Source of the DNA: Savitreella phatthalungensis
Taxonomy: Eukaryota
Direction of reading: 5' to 3'
NCBI GenBank assembly: GCA_051599415.1
Contig: AP039691.1
Location: 62,001 to 126,000 of the forward strand
DNA: 64,000 nucleotides
Numbering within the stretch: the stretch's first letter is position 1; each line of letters starts with the position of its first letter. A program made the position numbers and the translations under genes. The notes under the pieces are model-generated. The model saw only the letters and a list, made by a program, of their open reading frames with translations. It did not search any database and was not told where the DNA came from. This document shows, in pieces, positions 1 to 11,655 of this stretch.

Positions 1-473
1 AGTAATCTATATCTGTCAGTGACTGTTTAGGACATGCGGAAGTTGGCACTCCTATAGCTTCAATTGCTTTTCAACCGAGAACTGGTTAACCTTATTTGCG
101 CAGTTTGGTTTGTCATTTTAAGTAAAGCTTAGGAAGGTTGCAGAGTTTATTGACAACCCCGGAAATTCAGAAGCCGAATGTGAAAACTCATTGATATATC
201 GAAATACGCGCGCACGTGTACTGGGGAAACGAGATCGGTTATTCAACCACGTGTTACCACATGGCCACAGTTTCCCGGCCGGTGAAAGGCGATTTGACCA
301 GCAGAATTGACGAGTCTTTATACAGGGCTGAGCGCTTTGTCAAAAGGGCGATTCTCCGTTATCATAGCTTCTGTACACCTCGAGTGACAAGCATAGGCTA
401 ACGAAGACTTTTGTCGTAGATCGGTTTCATGCACGACCGTGATCGCATTTATTACGCCGACAAACTCCCTTGT

Positions 474-503
474 GAGTCGAGTCGAGTCGAGTCGAGTCGA
501 GTC
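474..503. repeat. (GAGTC)6 pentanucleotide microsatellite
   Basis: Six perfect GAGTC units read directly from the sequence, downstream of the P4-ATPase stop. Confidence 0.95.
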
Positions 504-1073
504 GTTCCATTGCAATTGAGACGACTGCTTACGTGCGATTCTGCCATCGGTCGAAATCAAACATGATGTAAACGGCTTTGTAGAGTCTATCATGCACGAT
601 CCCTTGCTCGAGCTACGACTTTGCTGGGCGTCGGCTCCTGAATAAAATGTAACATGAGCTACGTGTACGCAAAGGCATTTACGGACACTTGTGGAATCCA
701 GGTCATGCCGAGCTTCTCGGTAAACTCAGCAGTATGCCTTTCTGATACATACTGTACGCCTTGCGAGCGCTTGAGCCGCAAGGCTTTGATCATGAATCAT
801 CTTTTCGAGCCAGGTACCATTCGGTACTTGTGCTTGAGACGGTATGCGAAGTATTACCATGGCCCACGCTCACTCACCCACTGAACCATTTATTTCCTGC
901 ATGTTGGGTGGTCATTTTCCGTCACCTTGGGAGTACGCCACGGGAATCCTTTCCTTTTGACGATACGATCTCATGTGATTGCACTCGACAGAACGACAGT
1001 GCACATCTAGCCTCTAGTAGCAGAAGTCTCGGTCTGTGATACATTGAGGCACAAATCGAGAAAATCTCGAGAA

Positions 1074-4000
1074 CTACTCGCTAACTGATGTTGATCTCTC
1101 GGAGACGAACGCCACTTTTCCATGCGCGGGTTGACACGATGCAGATGATGCTTGCGGAGTCGTTCTGTTGCGCAAGATGCTGGTGCTCTGCCGAGGCGCA
1201 GTCAATTGCTCGGGATTGTGACTGCCTGCTACCGTGCCGGCAGTCTCGCCGGGATGACGCATTTGGTGCTCGGTGCCGCCGCGGGCAATACCGAGTGAAA
1301 GCCTTCCAAATTTGTAACCAGTCGCTCCCGTGCCAAGTTCCTCGTCCAAAGCACGCCGACGCAAGATTTCCTCCACTTCACGCTCGTCTTGGTGATCCTG
1401 CTGAGCCTGCCAGGATTGCTGCAGCTCCATGGCGGCCTCCTCCTCGAGTCTCGCTTTCCCGGCGACATCCGCCTGCAATTCTCGGAAAATATCGTGCTGC
1501 GTTGGAAAGAAGATGATTCTAATGGACTGTGTGATGATGTCAATTAATGCCGTGAAGATGATCGTGAATAGCAGTGCGGACCACCACCCCACATTCTTGC
1601 CGTAATGATGGAAGAGAGCGCCTTTGACGAAATAGATAGGTTGATACCCGTAGAATGAGTTCAGCAAAACAAGCCAGAGGAACCAGCCACAGACGGTGAT
1701 GGTGAAGAACGCAAAGTTCAGTATTGACCACGAGTGTATCTCGAAGAAGAGCAATTTGAGATTAATCAGGATAACACATGCGGTGAAGACCATGTTGCCC
1801 ATGGGGAAGACATCGATGTTGTTATTGCGGCTCGCATAAGCAAGAAAGACGCAGTAGAAGACAACGACGGACTGCGTGCAAGCCAGAGTCATCCAGCCAA
1901 AGAAAAGTCGAAGATTGAATGCCTTGCCGAGGCGCCCGATCTCATACAGCTCCGGAACAGCGAGCAAAGTTGATGCATTGAGATCCCGCTCGAAAGCCCC
2001 AAGACAGATGACGCACAAAGATGAGAAGAGAGTGTTGAATGTGCTGAGAGACCAGTTCTCATGCAGACTGGTACCTGTGTAACCTGTGAACCTCTGATAG
2101 ATGGCTTGGGTCAGGAAAACAAAAATCTCTTTGTAAAATGTGCCGAGAATGTACTTCGAGACTCGAACATAATTCCATCTGCCGTGAACCAGGAGGAGCT
2201 TGAGCAAGAAGCGAAATTGCGCGATAGAATAGTCCGAGGCACGTGCAGCCTGGAGACCCTCTTTACCTGTAATGCCAATCCCGACGTGGGCTTCGCGAAT
2301 CATGGCAATGTCGTTCGCACCATCGCCAATCGCGAGCGTGACTGCATGAGCGACCTCTTTGCGTATATGCGAGACAAGCGATGCCTTTTGGGCAGGCGAG
2401 GCGCGACAACATATCACGCTGTTGGCCTCCACACAAAGATCGAGGAATAATGACAGCAGTCCTACATCGGCCTCAATAGTGGCGAGTGTCGCCCCATCGA
2501 CGACAACAACACTGTGAGGGACCTGCTCGTCGAGGAATTGCAGTGTGCTTGTCGCCATCAAGCCAGCCATTTCTGAGTCCTGGTGGTCGAGGACAACCAC
2601 TGTTGAGTAATCTTTTATCAACCCGCATGAATGTCCGATATTGATCGCAGTCTCGCGCTTGTCGCCGGTCAGCATCCAGATCTTGATGCCTGCCCGACGT
2701 AACTTCTCGATAGTTTGCGGCACTCCGTCTTGCAGTTTGTCCTCAATTGCTGTAGCTCCAGTCATCTCAAATTCAATCTCGATGAGGTCGGCTGCCTGCT
2801 CGATTTTCAACTGACGATCCGTGAACGCCGTGGAAGCCTCATGGTAAACCTTCTTCCAGGTGTTGTATTGATCGGAACTTAAGAATCGGTGGCCGTATAG
2901 CAGGACTCGAAGACCATCAACAGCAAAGCTTTGCAGATGCTGGAAAGTTTTTTCAAAAGTCGCCGCGTCTGAGCGCACGATTGCTTCATCAATAAATTCT
3001 TCTGGTGAGCGCTCGAGAGGAGACTTTGGCTCACCAAAAGCGATTGAGTGGCGTGAGTCAAGCATGGTTGAGGGGCGGGGACCAAGCTGCGCATTCGCGA
3101 TGTCCGAATCTTCGTGCTGCAGGTCAAGAAATTCGTCGAGGTCACGAATGACGTCTAGGCGATTAACTCCTGACATGCTAGGTCGAGGCAGGGCGGCGCT
3201 GGCGCGTCCCATGCTCATCCTTGCCATGGCTCGCTCAGCCTCCAGAGACTGTCGGAGTCGCGCCTGTCGTTCGACCTCAATCCATTTCTGATTGGCTAGG
3301 TCACCGAGACGCATGCGCTCGACAAGGTATGAGTCAGCGCCCTTACACATAATACAATGTCGACCATCGGGGAATTGTACAACGACCGACATTCGCTTGC
3401 GAGCAGAACTAAACTCGATGACATCTTTGACGATGTACGTCTCATCGACAGGCGGAGCATTCAGACCTTGGGGAAAGGTTCTCAGAACTAGCTCGTGGGC
3501 CGTACGGGATCGGACGACGTAACCGAGTTCCATGGCGGCATTCACGAGGGCTAGCTCGTCTGGCGACGCTGCGCTGTAGGTCGGTAGAGCGTCTTGCGGG
3601 CTGATATCGCCCTCTGCATTGTTATCGTATTCTGGCAGACATGTATGACAGAGCGCGATTGAGAGAAGAAAGAGGCGAACACGTCTCGCAAACAGGGTGT
3701 GAGGATGTGTCTGCGTATATTGAAGCATGTCCATGGTAGAAGGCTGCAGATCATCATTGGCGGTGCTCATTCGGCCTGTCGGATTTGTGAACCATGAAGA
3801 GGTAGATTTGCGACCGCTCGAGGTATTGATATTCATGGAATGCCGCGAACGTCCATGGACTCCTTCAGCGTACGAGTTCGACCGAATTGGGATGTCACGC
3901 ACAGCCTTTCCGTTGTCAGGCCGCTTGCCCTTTCGCATCTTATGAGTAAGGAACGGTCGTTCCGCAGCGTGCTTGCGGCGTAAGTCGATATCATGGAGCC

Positions 4001-5813
4001 AAGCGTGTCCCGCGACTGTCAGGTTACGGAAGACCATGCAGTTGTCCGTCAAGGTACCTGTCTTGTCAGAAAAGACGTAGCTGATCTGGCCGAGCTCTTC
4101 GTTAATCGTCGAGGTGCGAGCCTCCATCGGGGTATTGGAATCTTCGTGGAACATGTCCAGATCTTGTTGTAGGAGGATTTGCTGGATAATTTTGACAATC
4201 TCCATCGAGACGTACAGCGAGAGCGGTACCATAGTGTTGAAGAGAATAAGAAAAGAAACGAAAATCGGAAAGAAAGCAAGCTTGCGCGCACTGGCTAAGT
4301 ACCATAGCTTTCGCTCCGTCGAATTATGCCAAATGTAGTAGGCGACCGTGCAAAACACAGAGAGCGCGATGACAAAGCAAACGATCATCATCACGATGCG
4401 GTTGACCGTCTTCTGCAGGGTCGGTTTCTTGGCGCGTATGTTCCTGCTTGCATTCAACCGGATTTTGGATTCCTCGCCAGTGTTCACAACGACCGCCACC
4501 GCCTCACTCGTGTTGCGCATGATACTACCACGATAAATGACCTGGTCGGACGTGAGCGGAATCTCATTCTCGTAGAAGGTAAGTTTGCCTTCGTAATTGT
4601 ACAAGTCTTGGTTGGGCGATTCACTGTGAAGTTGCGCGCGGAAGTTCTGGAGCTCTTCCAGAGATTTGCATCGGTCGGCCACTTTTGGAATAGCCCGCTT
4701 CGATTTCAGATTTGTCTCGCCATCGAGAGCGGCAGTCTCGATAAAGGCGACACCACCATCGCCTGCAGAACTGAGTAGCACAAGGTCGGCTGGAATCCAC
4801 TCATCTTTGCGCAGGCGGATGATGTCTCCCACACGAATGTCTTTCCATCTTACTTTGATCCAGTCCAGTGCGGTCGCTGTAGCGTTGTAACGCAGCACCC
4901 ATGCATCACGGTTGTTCTCGGCGACGTCTTGCCGATGCCTACGAAGGTCATCGTAGCCCTCTCGAGCCATGGACAAGGTGACGAACACCGCTAGCGGGAT
5001 GATTGTCGTATACGTCCCAGTCGTCGAAAGGCCTGGGATCATCTGCAAAATCGAAACAGACAGAAAGTAAATATTTGCCACCTTTGAAAACTGGAAAGCC
5101 AGTTGTCTGGGGAGGAAATCATAAACCGTGTATCGCGCGGTATTGATCTGATTATCGACATATGGTCTTTTTGATGTGCGCTCGAGCTGAGGTGCATCCA
5201 ATTCGGCATTGATAATTATCTCCCGTCCTTCAGGGTCTGGCGAATAGTCCCGGCGATGCAGTACCCAGTTGGCGAATAAATGACAATTATGCTTGAGGCG
5301 ACGGTAGAGTCGCGAGTTCTGGGCGTAGCGCGAAGCGTACTGACTGTAGAATGGGAGTGAGGCGCGTGTTCTTTCCGTTGTGCGCTCCGTTCTTTTCACA
5401 GCATTGGGAGACGATTTCTTCCCGATGGTAAGTGCCCTTGGTGTCTCGCGTACAGACACTGCTTTACCGACATCATGATGCACGTTCGACGCAGCAGGAT
5501 CCTCCACAGCCTCTATTGATAGACTAGTAGTCCGGCGTGTTTGATGTGGATTTTCGACGAGCTGAATGCCTTGAGGCTCATCGAGGTTTGGAACATCTTG
5601 GTGCGTTTTGTGTATGACGGACGCTTGGCTGCCGAGATTGAGAATTTGCCGATGCAAGGAAAAACTGCGCGGCCTTTGCGACGAGGTTGAGCTCCGATTC
5701 GGCGGCACTTGAGAGGAATCAACGCTCGCCTGGGCAATCCGCGATGACGGAGCTGTGACGCGCTCGACCTCCTCGCTGAAGCGAACTGTCGGATGACGCT
5801 TTGGATCAGACAT
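1074..5813 (-). CDS. DNF3: Phospholipid-translocating P4-ATPase (flippase), Dnf3-like, 1579 aa, single exon
   Basis: P-type ATPase motifs LDGETNLK, FSDKTGTLT (phospho-Asp), SPDELAL, EFSSARKRMS, WMLTGDK, AIGDGAND, plus the P4-type PLSLYV segment. N- and C-terminal TM clusters and long cytosolic inserts fit the Dnf3 subfamily. Confidence 0.9.
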   Translation of the reverse strand: MSDPKRHPTVRFSEEVERVTAPSSRIAQASVDSSQVPPNRSSTSSQRPRSFSLHRQILNLGSQASVIHKTHQDVPNLDEPQGIQLVENPHQTRRTTSLSIEAVEDPAASNVHHDVGKAVSVRETPRALTIGKKSSPNAVKRTERTTERTRASLPFYSQYASRYAQNSRLYRRLKHNCHLFANWVLHRRDYSPDPEGREIIINAELDAPQLERTSKRPYVDNQINTARYTVYDFLPRQLAFQFSKVANIYFLSVSILQMIPGLSTTGTYTTIIPLAVFVTLSMAREGYDDLRRHRQDVAENNRDAWVLRYNATATALDWIKVRWKDIRVGDIIRLRKDEWIPADLVLLSSAGDGGVAFIETAALDGETNLKSKRAIPKVADRCKSLEELQNFRAQLHSESPNQDLYNYEGKLTFYENEIPLTSDQVIYRGSIMRNTSEAVAVVVNTGEESKIRLNASRNIRAKKPTLQKTVNRIVMMIVCFVIALSVFCTVAYYIWHNSTERKLWYLASARKLAFFPIFVSFLILFNTMVPLSLYVSMEIVKIIQQILLQQDLDMFHEDSNTPMEARTSTINEELGQISYVFSDKTGTLTDNCMVFRNLTVAGHAWLHDIDLRRKHAAERPFLTHKMRKGKRPDNGKAVRDIPIRSNSYAEGVHGRSRHSMNINTSSGRKSTSSWFTNPTGRMSTANDDLQPSTMDMLQYTQTHPHTLFARRVRLFLLSIALCHTCLPEYDNNAEGDISPQDALPTYSAASPDELALVNAAMELGYVVRSRTAHELVLRTFPQGLNAPPVDETYIVKDVIEFSSARKRMSVVVQFPDGRHCIMCKGADSYLVERMRLGDLANQKWIEVERQARLRQSLEAERAMARMSMGRASAALPRPSMSGVNRLDVIRDLDEFLDLQHEDSDIANAQLGPRPSTMLDSRHSIAFGEPKSPLERSPEEFIDEAIVRSDAATFEKTFQHLQSFAVDGLRVLLYGHRFLSSDQYNTWKKVYHEASTAFTDRQLKIEQAADLIEIEFEMTGATAIEDKLQDGVPQTIEKLRRAGIKIWMLTGDKRETAINIGHSCGLIKDYSTVVVLDHQDSEMAGLMATSTLQFLDEQVPHSVVVVDGATLATIEADVGLLSLFLDLCVEANSVICCRASPAQKASLVSHIRKEVAHAVTLAIGDGANDIAMIREAHVGIGITGKEGLQAARASDYSIAQFRFLLKLLLVHGRWNYVRVSKYILGTFYKEIFVFLTQAIYQRFTGYTGTSLHENWSLSTFNTLFSSLCVICLGAFERDLNASTLLAVPELYEIGRLGKAFNLRLFFGWMTLACTQSVVVFYCVFLAYASRNNNIDVFPMGNMVFTACVILINLKLLFFEIHSWSILNFAFFTITVCGWFLWLVLLNSFYGYQPIYFVKGALFHHYGKNVGWWSALLFTIIFTALIDIITQSIRIIFFPTQHDIFRELQADVAGKARLEEEAAMELQQSWQAQQDHQDEREVEEILRRRALDEELGTGATGYKFGRLSLGIARGGTEHQMRHPGETAGTVAGSHNPEQLTAPRQSTSILRNRTTPQASSASCQPAHGKVAFVSERSTSVSE

Positions 5814-7526
5814 TCGGGGAGTATCTGGATGCGGACAGATTCAATGCCAGGACATGACGTGTCCGAAGATCAGCAAAACAAGATCTGAATCAGTCTGGCT
5901 TTGAGGCAGCCTGCTCCCGCTGATGACGCTTCGGCGCACACAGCTTTGGCGCTTGAAGGTAGACGGGGGAGTTGGAGACAGAGTTGAGCAGGTTGTCCTT
6001 CGAAATTTGCCGTGCAGCGCGAGATCCTTTCTTGTACTGGGAAATTCAGAGGAGACAATGCCGACCTGGAATGCTGTGGTGCCAGTCAGATCTCCTTAGC
6101 AGATGCCGCGAAGGTAACGAAGCGAAGGACACGGCGACGGTCGGACGATCAAAGTGAGCACTGCGGTCGTCGGATGTAGATGCAAAGCTCTCCCATCACA
6201 GTCTACAATGTACGCGGTGACAGTGATCGATTCAGAGTTGAACTCCCTGGGTCTCGATGAAGCACTCAAGGCTTAGACCCTCATATTGCCAATCATGCAT
6301 TGAAGTTGATATATTAGCACGTATGTATGCGCAGCTGAATTTGTCAAGATCATATAATCAAATTGCATAAATGCGCTTCGGCCTGCCTTCTAATGAGATA
6401 TATGACTTAAGTAAATTTATACACAGCGCTCGGTCATGTGTGGCATGGGTTGCACATCATGAAGTATGAGTTACGATACGCAGGCCGCACGTACTGTGTC
6501 ATGCAGGTCGGTTGCCGAGTAATTGAAGTCCTTTCGATGGTCATTGTGATAAGTCAGAGGACACTTGATGGCTAAGCCGGCAGATGGTACGTGCTGTTGG
6601 GAGAAGTCTTGGCATGCATCCATCGTGAACCGGAAACTGTGATCGACCAAGGTCAAGCTGTAAATCATCTAGGCACGGCTGAATAAATAGCTTGATTGTA
6701 CACGAATGATGAAATTTAATGATTCGCCGGCCTCGAAGTCTAGTATGATCTGATATCCTGTCTTCGAAATAGCGATACCTCGAGGCGAACCTGGCCAGGC
6801 TTTGGCTATAGAAGAAACATGCACTCTGATTATCCAGCAGGAGAGGCTAGAGTCTCAGAATTGACCAGTGACAGTCTACATATCCCGTGCGATCTCAACA
6901 GCGCGCTTGACGGAAAACGAGATCTATGGAAGAGGACGAATTCGATAGGTGGATGTCGACGTCGTGTATACACCTATGCTGCATGTATCGTGGAGAGCTT
7001 AGAGTTCCGTACATATCTTGTACAGATGTGCACGTGATACCGCCCAAGGACGTCTGAATCTATATCGGCAACAAATATCTGCATAATATTCATCTGAATC
7101 TGAATTCACTACGGGGAAATTTGCTGCCAATGAGACGGGAATCACCACGTACGTACGCCTTTCTGTACGCGACGCAAATCCTTATTACGGACATCTTACT
7201 AAATTTATATAGAAATGGATGAATTGCCGCGGTGACTTGGTTTCCGTGGGCGAAAGTGTAATTAATTGATCAATGGCCAATAAATCATGCATTATTCCAT
7301 CCTGTCGGACTCGGACAGTCCCGAGGACACTTATTACGATGCACTGTCGAGAATCGTTGACTTAGAGGCATTGAAGTGGATAAGGAGTCTGTATCAAGTG
7401 ACTGAGCCTCGCAAAGATCCAATCCGGGCGAGAAGTGGCAGGACTTTGTGAGTCCCCTGCGTGCAAACTCGCGTTGAGCTCCAGACCTGTTAGGCGCGAG
7501 TCTGATTGTTTTCGCGAATCAGTGCC

Positions 7527-10500
7527 ATGTCGACTGATCTGGAGGAGGCCGCGGTGTTCAGCGTTCAGACCATCGACATTCCGATCAAAGGGCAGGATGA
7601 CGTCCTGTCGATTGACTGCAGAGATCTCCCAGCAGATCCCAGGGAATTGTGCGATTTTCTTTCTAATGAGGAGGCCGATGCAAAATACTGGCTCCGGGTT
7701 GCTGTCGAGTATCGTAATCAGAACATGTTTGACCAAGCGACGGACATTCTGATCAATGGTCTCGAGTCACCAGCAATTCGAGCGACAGGACAGCGACGCT
7801 TTCCCTTTCACTCACTCCTCGCGGCCATTTACATTGAGCGCGGTCGGCTGGCACCCCACGGTGGTGGCCGAGAACCTGGACCAGGGATATTGCTGAAGGA
7901 CTACTGGCAGCGACTAGCCACACAGGCGTTGAATGAGGCTGCCCGCATTAATCCTAGCAGCCCTGTCAATCAACTCGCAAAAGGCGTTCTCAGCTCGATG
8001 CGAATTGAGACAGACCGAAACTTGGAAGAGGCTCGTCGAGCTTACGATCAAAGCAATCGTCCGCCGCGCACAAATCTCTTCGCACTTCTTGGAAGAGCAC
8101 GCGTACTGTACGCCCGCAAGAGGTATCGTGACGCTCTGCAGTGCTACCAAAAAGTGCTCACTTTGAGACCGAACATGGTCCCCGATCCACGCATCGGAAT
8201 TGGCTTGTGCTTTTGGCAACTGAATATGCATTCTGAAGCACTTTATGCCTTCGAGCGTGCCATGGAGCTTGACTCACACAATTCTGCAGCCGTTCTGCTC
8301 GCAGGTATTGCCGAAATTCATCGTGCCTTTGATCACGTCCGCGATCCCGCGCTCTTCCAGGATCAATACGCAGCTGGCGTCCGACTCGTATCTCGTGCAT
8401 ATAAGGAAAGCAGATCTCCGCTCGCAGGGACGATCTTAGCTTCCTATTATTTTGCTACGCGGAAAATGACGAAGTTGACGGATGTCCTTGACGAAGCTTT
8501 GATGAGCACAGATATGCCGAGTGTTCGAGCTGACGCACTTTTTTGGCTCGGTCGAGCGAGGCATCTGATGGAACAGCCTGTTGAGGCTTCTTCGTTCTAC
8601 AACCTTGCTAGACAGCTTGAGCCTGATGCCCTGCCTATCCTCGTTGGCATAGGACAGATGCAATTAGCCAGAGGAGAAATAACCGACGCAAAGCTGACAT
8701 TCGAAAGCGTCATCGAGAAGTTTCCAAAGTGTATCGAGGCACTCGCGGCACTCGGGAATCTGTACATGCTTGAGGCGTTGGACTCAGCTTTTAAAGGCGA
8801 CTTGGCCATTCACAAGTCGAAAGCACGTGCCTTACTGGATCGAGCCATTGCACTGACGGAAGAAAATCCCAAGAGAACCTTCACAGAACCATCCCTGCAG
8901 CTGGCGAAAGCAATGGTGGCAGATGACGATCAGCCGCTACAAACGTTGCGTGTGCTCGAACAGGCGGCCGAAATTCAAAGCGACAATGCAGAGCAAATCA
9001 GCCCGGAGATTCTTAATAACATGGCGGTTCTACAGACCTTTGCAGGGAACCACGCACTTGCCAAGGACCTCTACTCGCGCGCCATCGAAGATCTCCGGTC
9101 GACCGAACAGCTCAACGAAGCACTTTTCACTCTGCTTTCATTCAACCTCGGGCGCTGTGAAGAAGCTCTTGGCAATCACACAGCGGCCATCGAGATATAC
9201 AACGATCTTACGCGACAACAGCCAGCTTTCACAAATGCTTTTGCACGCCTGGCTTATGTTAAATTCACTACAGGACAACAAAATGAAGCCCAATCGCTTT
9301 TCGAGCAGCTGGCTGGCAATTCTGAGCTTAACATCGAAACACGAGCCCTGTACGGATGGTACCTGAACAAGACAAAGATTATCAAAGGATTACACTACAA
9401 CGAGGACCCGGAGAGACGTCACTTCAACACAACGCTCAAACATGTCGACAACTATGAGCGGTACGCCTTGACCTCGCTGGGCAATTTTTATCTACGCCTT
9501 GCCAGGGAGACACGGAGTGACTCAACCGAAGGCCAGGCAGAGAAGCGGAAACACTATGACATGGCTATCAAATTCTTGGAGCGTGCCCTCCATTATGATG
9601 CCGGCAATGCGTATGCCGCCCAAGGATTGGCAATTGCATTCGCTGAGCATCGTGAATTTCAGCGAGCCTTATCGATCTTTTCTAAAGTACGCGAGACACT
9701 CCGAGACGAATCGACCTTCCTCAATATGGGTCACTGCCTGGCCGAGTTACGCCAGTATGCCCGGGCGATCGAGTGCTACGAGACCTGCCTCCATACATTC
9801 CATGCAGGTAAAGATACGATGCTTCATCAGTGCCTAGGCCGCGCGTGGTTAGCGCGTGGACGGGAAGAACGCGACATTGACGCGCTACGGGAAGCCCTGC
9901 GATACACCAAACTCGCACAGGAAACTCAGCCTGACAATGCAGCCATTGCATTCAACGTTGCCTTCGTGCAGTTCCAAATGGCAGAGGTGCTCCGTAATCT
10001 GCCTGAAATCAAACGCACCGTAGAGGACCTTCGCGAAGCGGCCATCGGCCTCGACGAGGCAGTCCGGACATTTAACAAACTCGCAGAGTCCAAGCATGCC
10101 CCATACAGCCGCGAGGATATCAAGCAACGCGCTACCATGGGAAAAAATACTACATCGAGGCAAATTGAGCGCGCGATACAACAGCAGGTGGAGTATGAGG
10201 CGCGCAATTCGTCAAAGGTTGAAGAAGCTCGGCATCGTCGCGAACAGGACAAGCTTGAACGAGAACGTCAGCAAGCAGAAGCGCGTTCTGCGGATGCAAT
10301 CCGCCAGGAGTCTTTGCGGGAAGAACGTCGCAAAATGCAGCAAGAAGCAATGGATTGGGCAGAAAAGCGACGTATGCAGGAACAGGAGCGCGAGGAGCAC
10401 GAGCGTGAGAAGGAGGAGTTGAAAAAGGAACGTATTGCGAAACGCAAGACGCGCAAAGCCAACGATGATGCCGAAATGTCAGATGGGCTGGACAAGCTCG

Positions 10501-11129
10501 ACAGCGATGGCGAATTGAAGCGCAGACGCAAGGGTAAGCGCAACTCGCGAAAAGATGAATCAGACACCGATGGTGTTGTAAGCGATGCGGATGAAGAGAT
10601 TCTCCCGAAGAAACGGTCAAGAGGCGTCGCGAGCCGCAAGGATCAGGGCAGGAAAAAGAAGCGCGCTTTGCGAAGAGCGAATGACAACCGTTCTGGCGAC
10701 AAGGTCGACCTCGGAAGCCTCGATGAGGACATGGCTGAGGATAGCGGCGACGAAGAGGAGCACGCAAAGCCAATGCAGCGGCGTAATGGCTCGAGCAGAA
10801 AATACATCTCATCGGAATTCGTCGACTCTGACATCGACGATGACGAGGGCCTAGATGATGAGAAATCATCCGCGCTGGCTATTGCCAACGAGTCAATGAT
10901 CGCCAGCGATGATGAAGCTGAAGCAGCATCGCACGACGTCCTCAGAGAACTCCCATCGGAGGTGCCAACGATACCTGTGGCTGACTCGGCTGCCTCTCAA
11001 CCCGCAAACGGTGCTCCGGCAGATATTGCACGGGCTGTCCTCGACGGCAGGTCGAAGGACTCCTTGGCCGCTAACGAGGAGCCTGGGGTCGCAATTGACG
11101 GGACAACGGATGTTCCACGGGTCTTGTAG
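7527..11129 (+). CDS. CTR9: Paf1 complex TPR subunit Ctr9 (Tpr1), 1200 aa
   Basis: N-terminal TIDIP...LPADPRELCDFLSNEEADAKYWLRVAVEY, many TPR repeats, PDPRIGIGLCFWQL and NAYAAQGLAIAFAE, then a coiled coil and a charged tail. First ATG is 7527; the track start at 7506 is TTG. Confidence 0.95.
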   Translation: MSTDLEEAAVFSVQTIDIPIKGQDDVLSIDCRDLPADPRELCDFLSNEEADAKYWLRVAVEYRNQNMFDQATDILINGLESPAIRATGQRRFPFHSLLAAIYIERGRLAPHGGGREPGPGILLKDYWQRLATQALNEAARINPSSPVNQLAKGVLSSMRIETDRNLEEARRAYDQSNRPPRTNLFALLGRARVLYARKRYRDALQCYQKVLTLRPNMVPDPRIGIGLCFWQLNMHSEALYAFERAMELDSHNSAAVLLAGIAEIHRAFDHVRDPALFQDQYAAGVRLVSRAYKESRSPLAGTILASYYFATRKMTKLTDVLDEALMSTDMPSVRADALFWLGRARHLMEQPVEASSFYNLARQLEPDALPILVGIGQMQLARGEITDAKLTFESVIEKFPKCIEALAALGNLYMLEALDSAFKGDLAIHKSKARALLDRAIALTEENPKRTFTEPSLQLAKAMVADDDQPLQTLRVLEQAAEIQSDNAEQISPEILNNMAVLQTFAGNHALAKDLYSRAIEDLRSTEQLNEALFTLLSFNLGRCEEALGNHTAAIEIYNDLTRQQPAFTNAFARLAYVKFTTGQQNEAQSLFEQLAGNSELNIETRALYGWYLNKTKIIKGLHYNEDPERRHFNTTLKHVDNYERYALTSLGNFYLRLARETRSDSTEGQAEKRKHYDMAIKFLERALHYDAGNAYAAQGLAIAFAEHREFQRALSIFSKVRETLRDESTFLNMGHCLAELRQYARAIECYETCLHTFHAGKDTMLHQCLGRAWLARGREERDIDALREALRYTKLAQETQPDNAAIAFNVAFVQFQMAEVLRNLPEIKRTVEDLREAAIGLDEAVRTFNKLAESKHAPYSREDIKQRATMGKNTTSRQIERAIQQQVEYEARNSSKVEEARHRREQDKLERERQQAEARSADAIRQESLREERRKMQQEAMDWAEKRRMQEQEREEHEREKEELKKERIAKRKTRKANDDAEMSDGLDKLDSDGELKRRRKGKRNSRKDESDTDGVVSDADEEILPKKRSRGVASRKDQGRKKKRALRRANDNRSGDKVDLGSLDEDMAEDSGDEEEHAKPMQRRNGSSRKYISSEFVDSDIDDDEGLDDEKSSALAIANESMIASDDEAEAASHDVLRELPSEVPTIPVADSAASQPANGAPADIARAVLDGRSKDSLAANEEPGVAIDGTTDVPRVL

Positions 11130-11655
11130 ACTTGAGAGTCCGGACGCATCAAGACACGAAACTCTTGTGCCCGTGGATGCTATGTCGACATGCTATCTCA
11201 CACGCATGGAAGCATATGTGACACAGCATAGACATCAGAAAATGAACCGTGCATTCAATTCCATGCGGCGCGCATCTATACCAGAATGCCTCCTGTACGT
11301 GCTGTAGGTATCTTCGTAGGACATGCGTACAAGTACGTATACTGTATGTCCCCGACGGATTGACTCGACTTGACTCTGTGGCAAATCTCGTTTAGTTGTT
11401 CGACAGCACGTGCGTGACTTGATTTTGACCACATATAAGCTTGAATTTATATGTTGGGCTATATATGCCCTGATACCTGCCATCCACAAACAACGAATTG
11501 GTCCGCGTACGTGTGATCAATTAAACAATTGATCAATTACGTACGAGATCGTGGCTCGATCGTGTACGTCAATACCTGGATATCGTCTCCATATACCTGT
11601 TCCCCCGCAATCAACGCAGCATCTTCGGGTCATTGGTCGGGTATTCTACGATCGC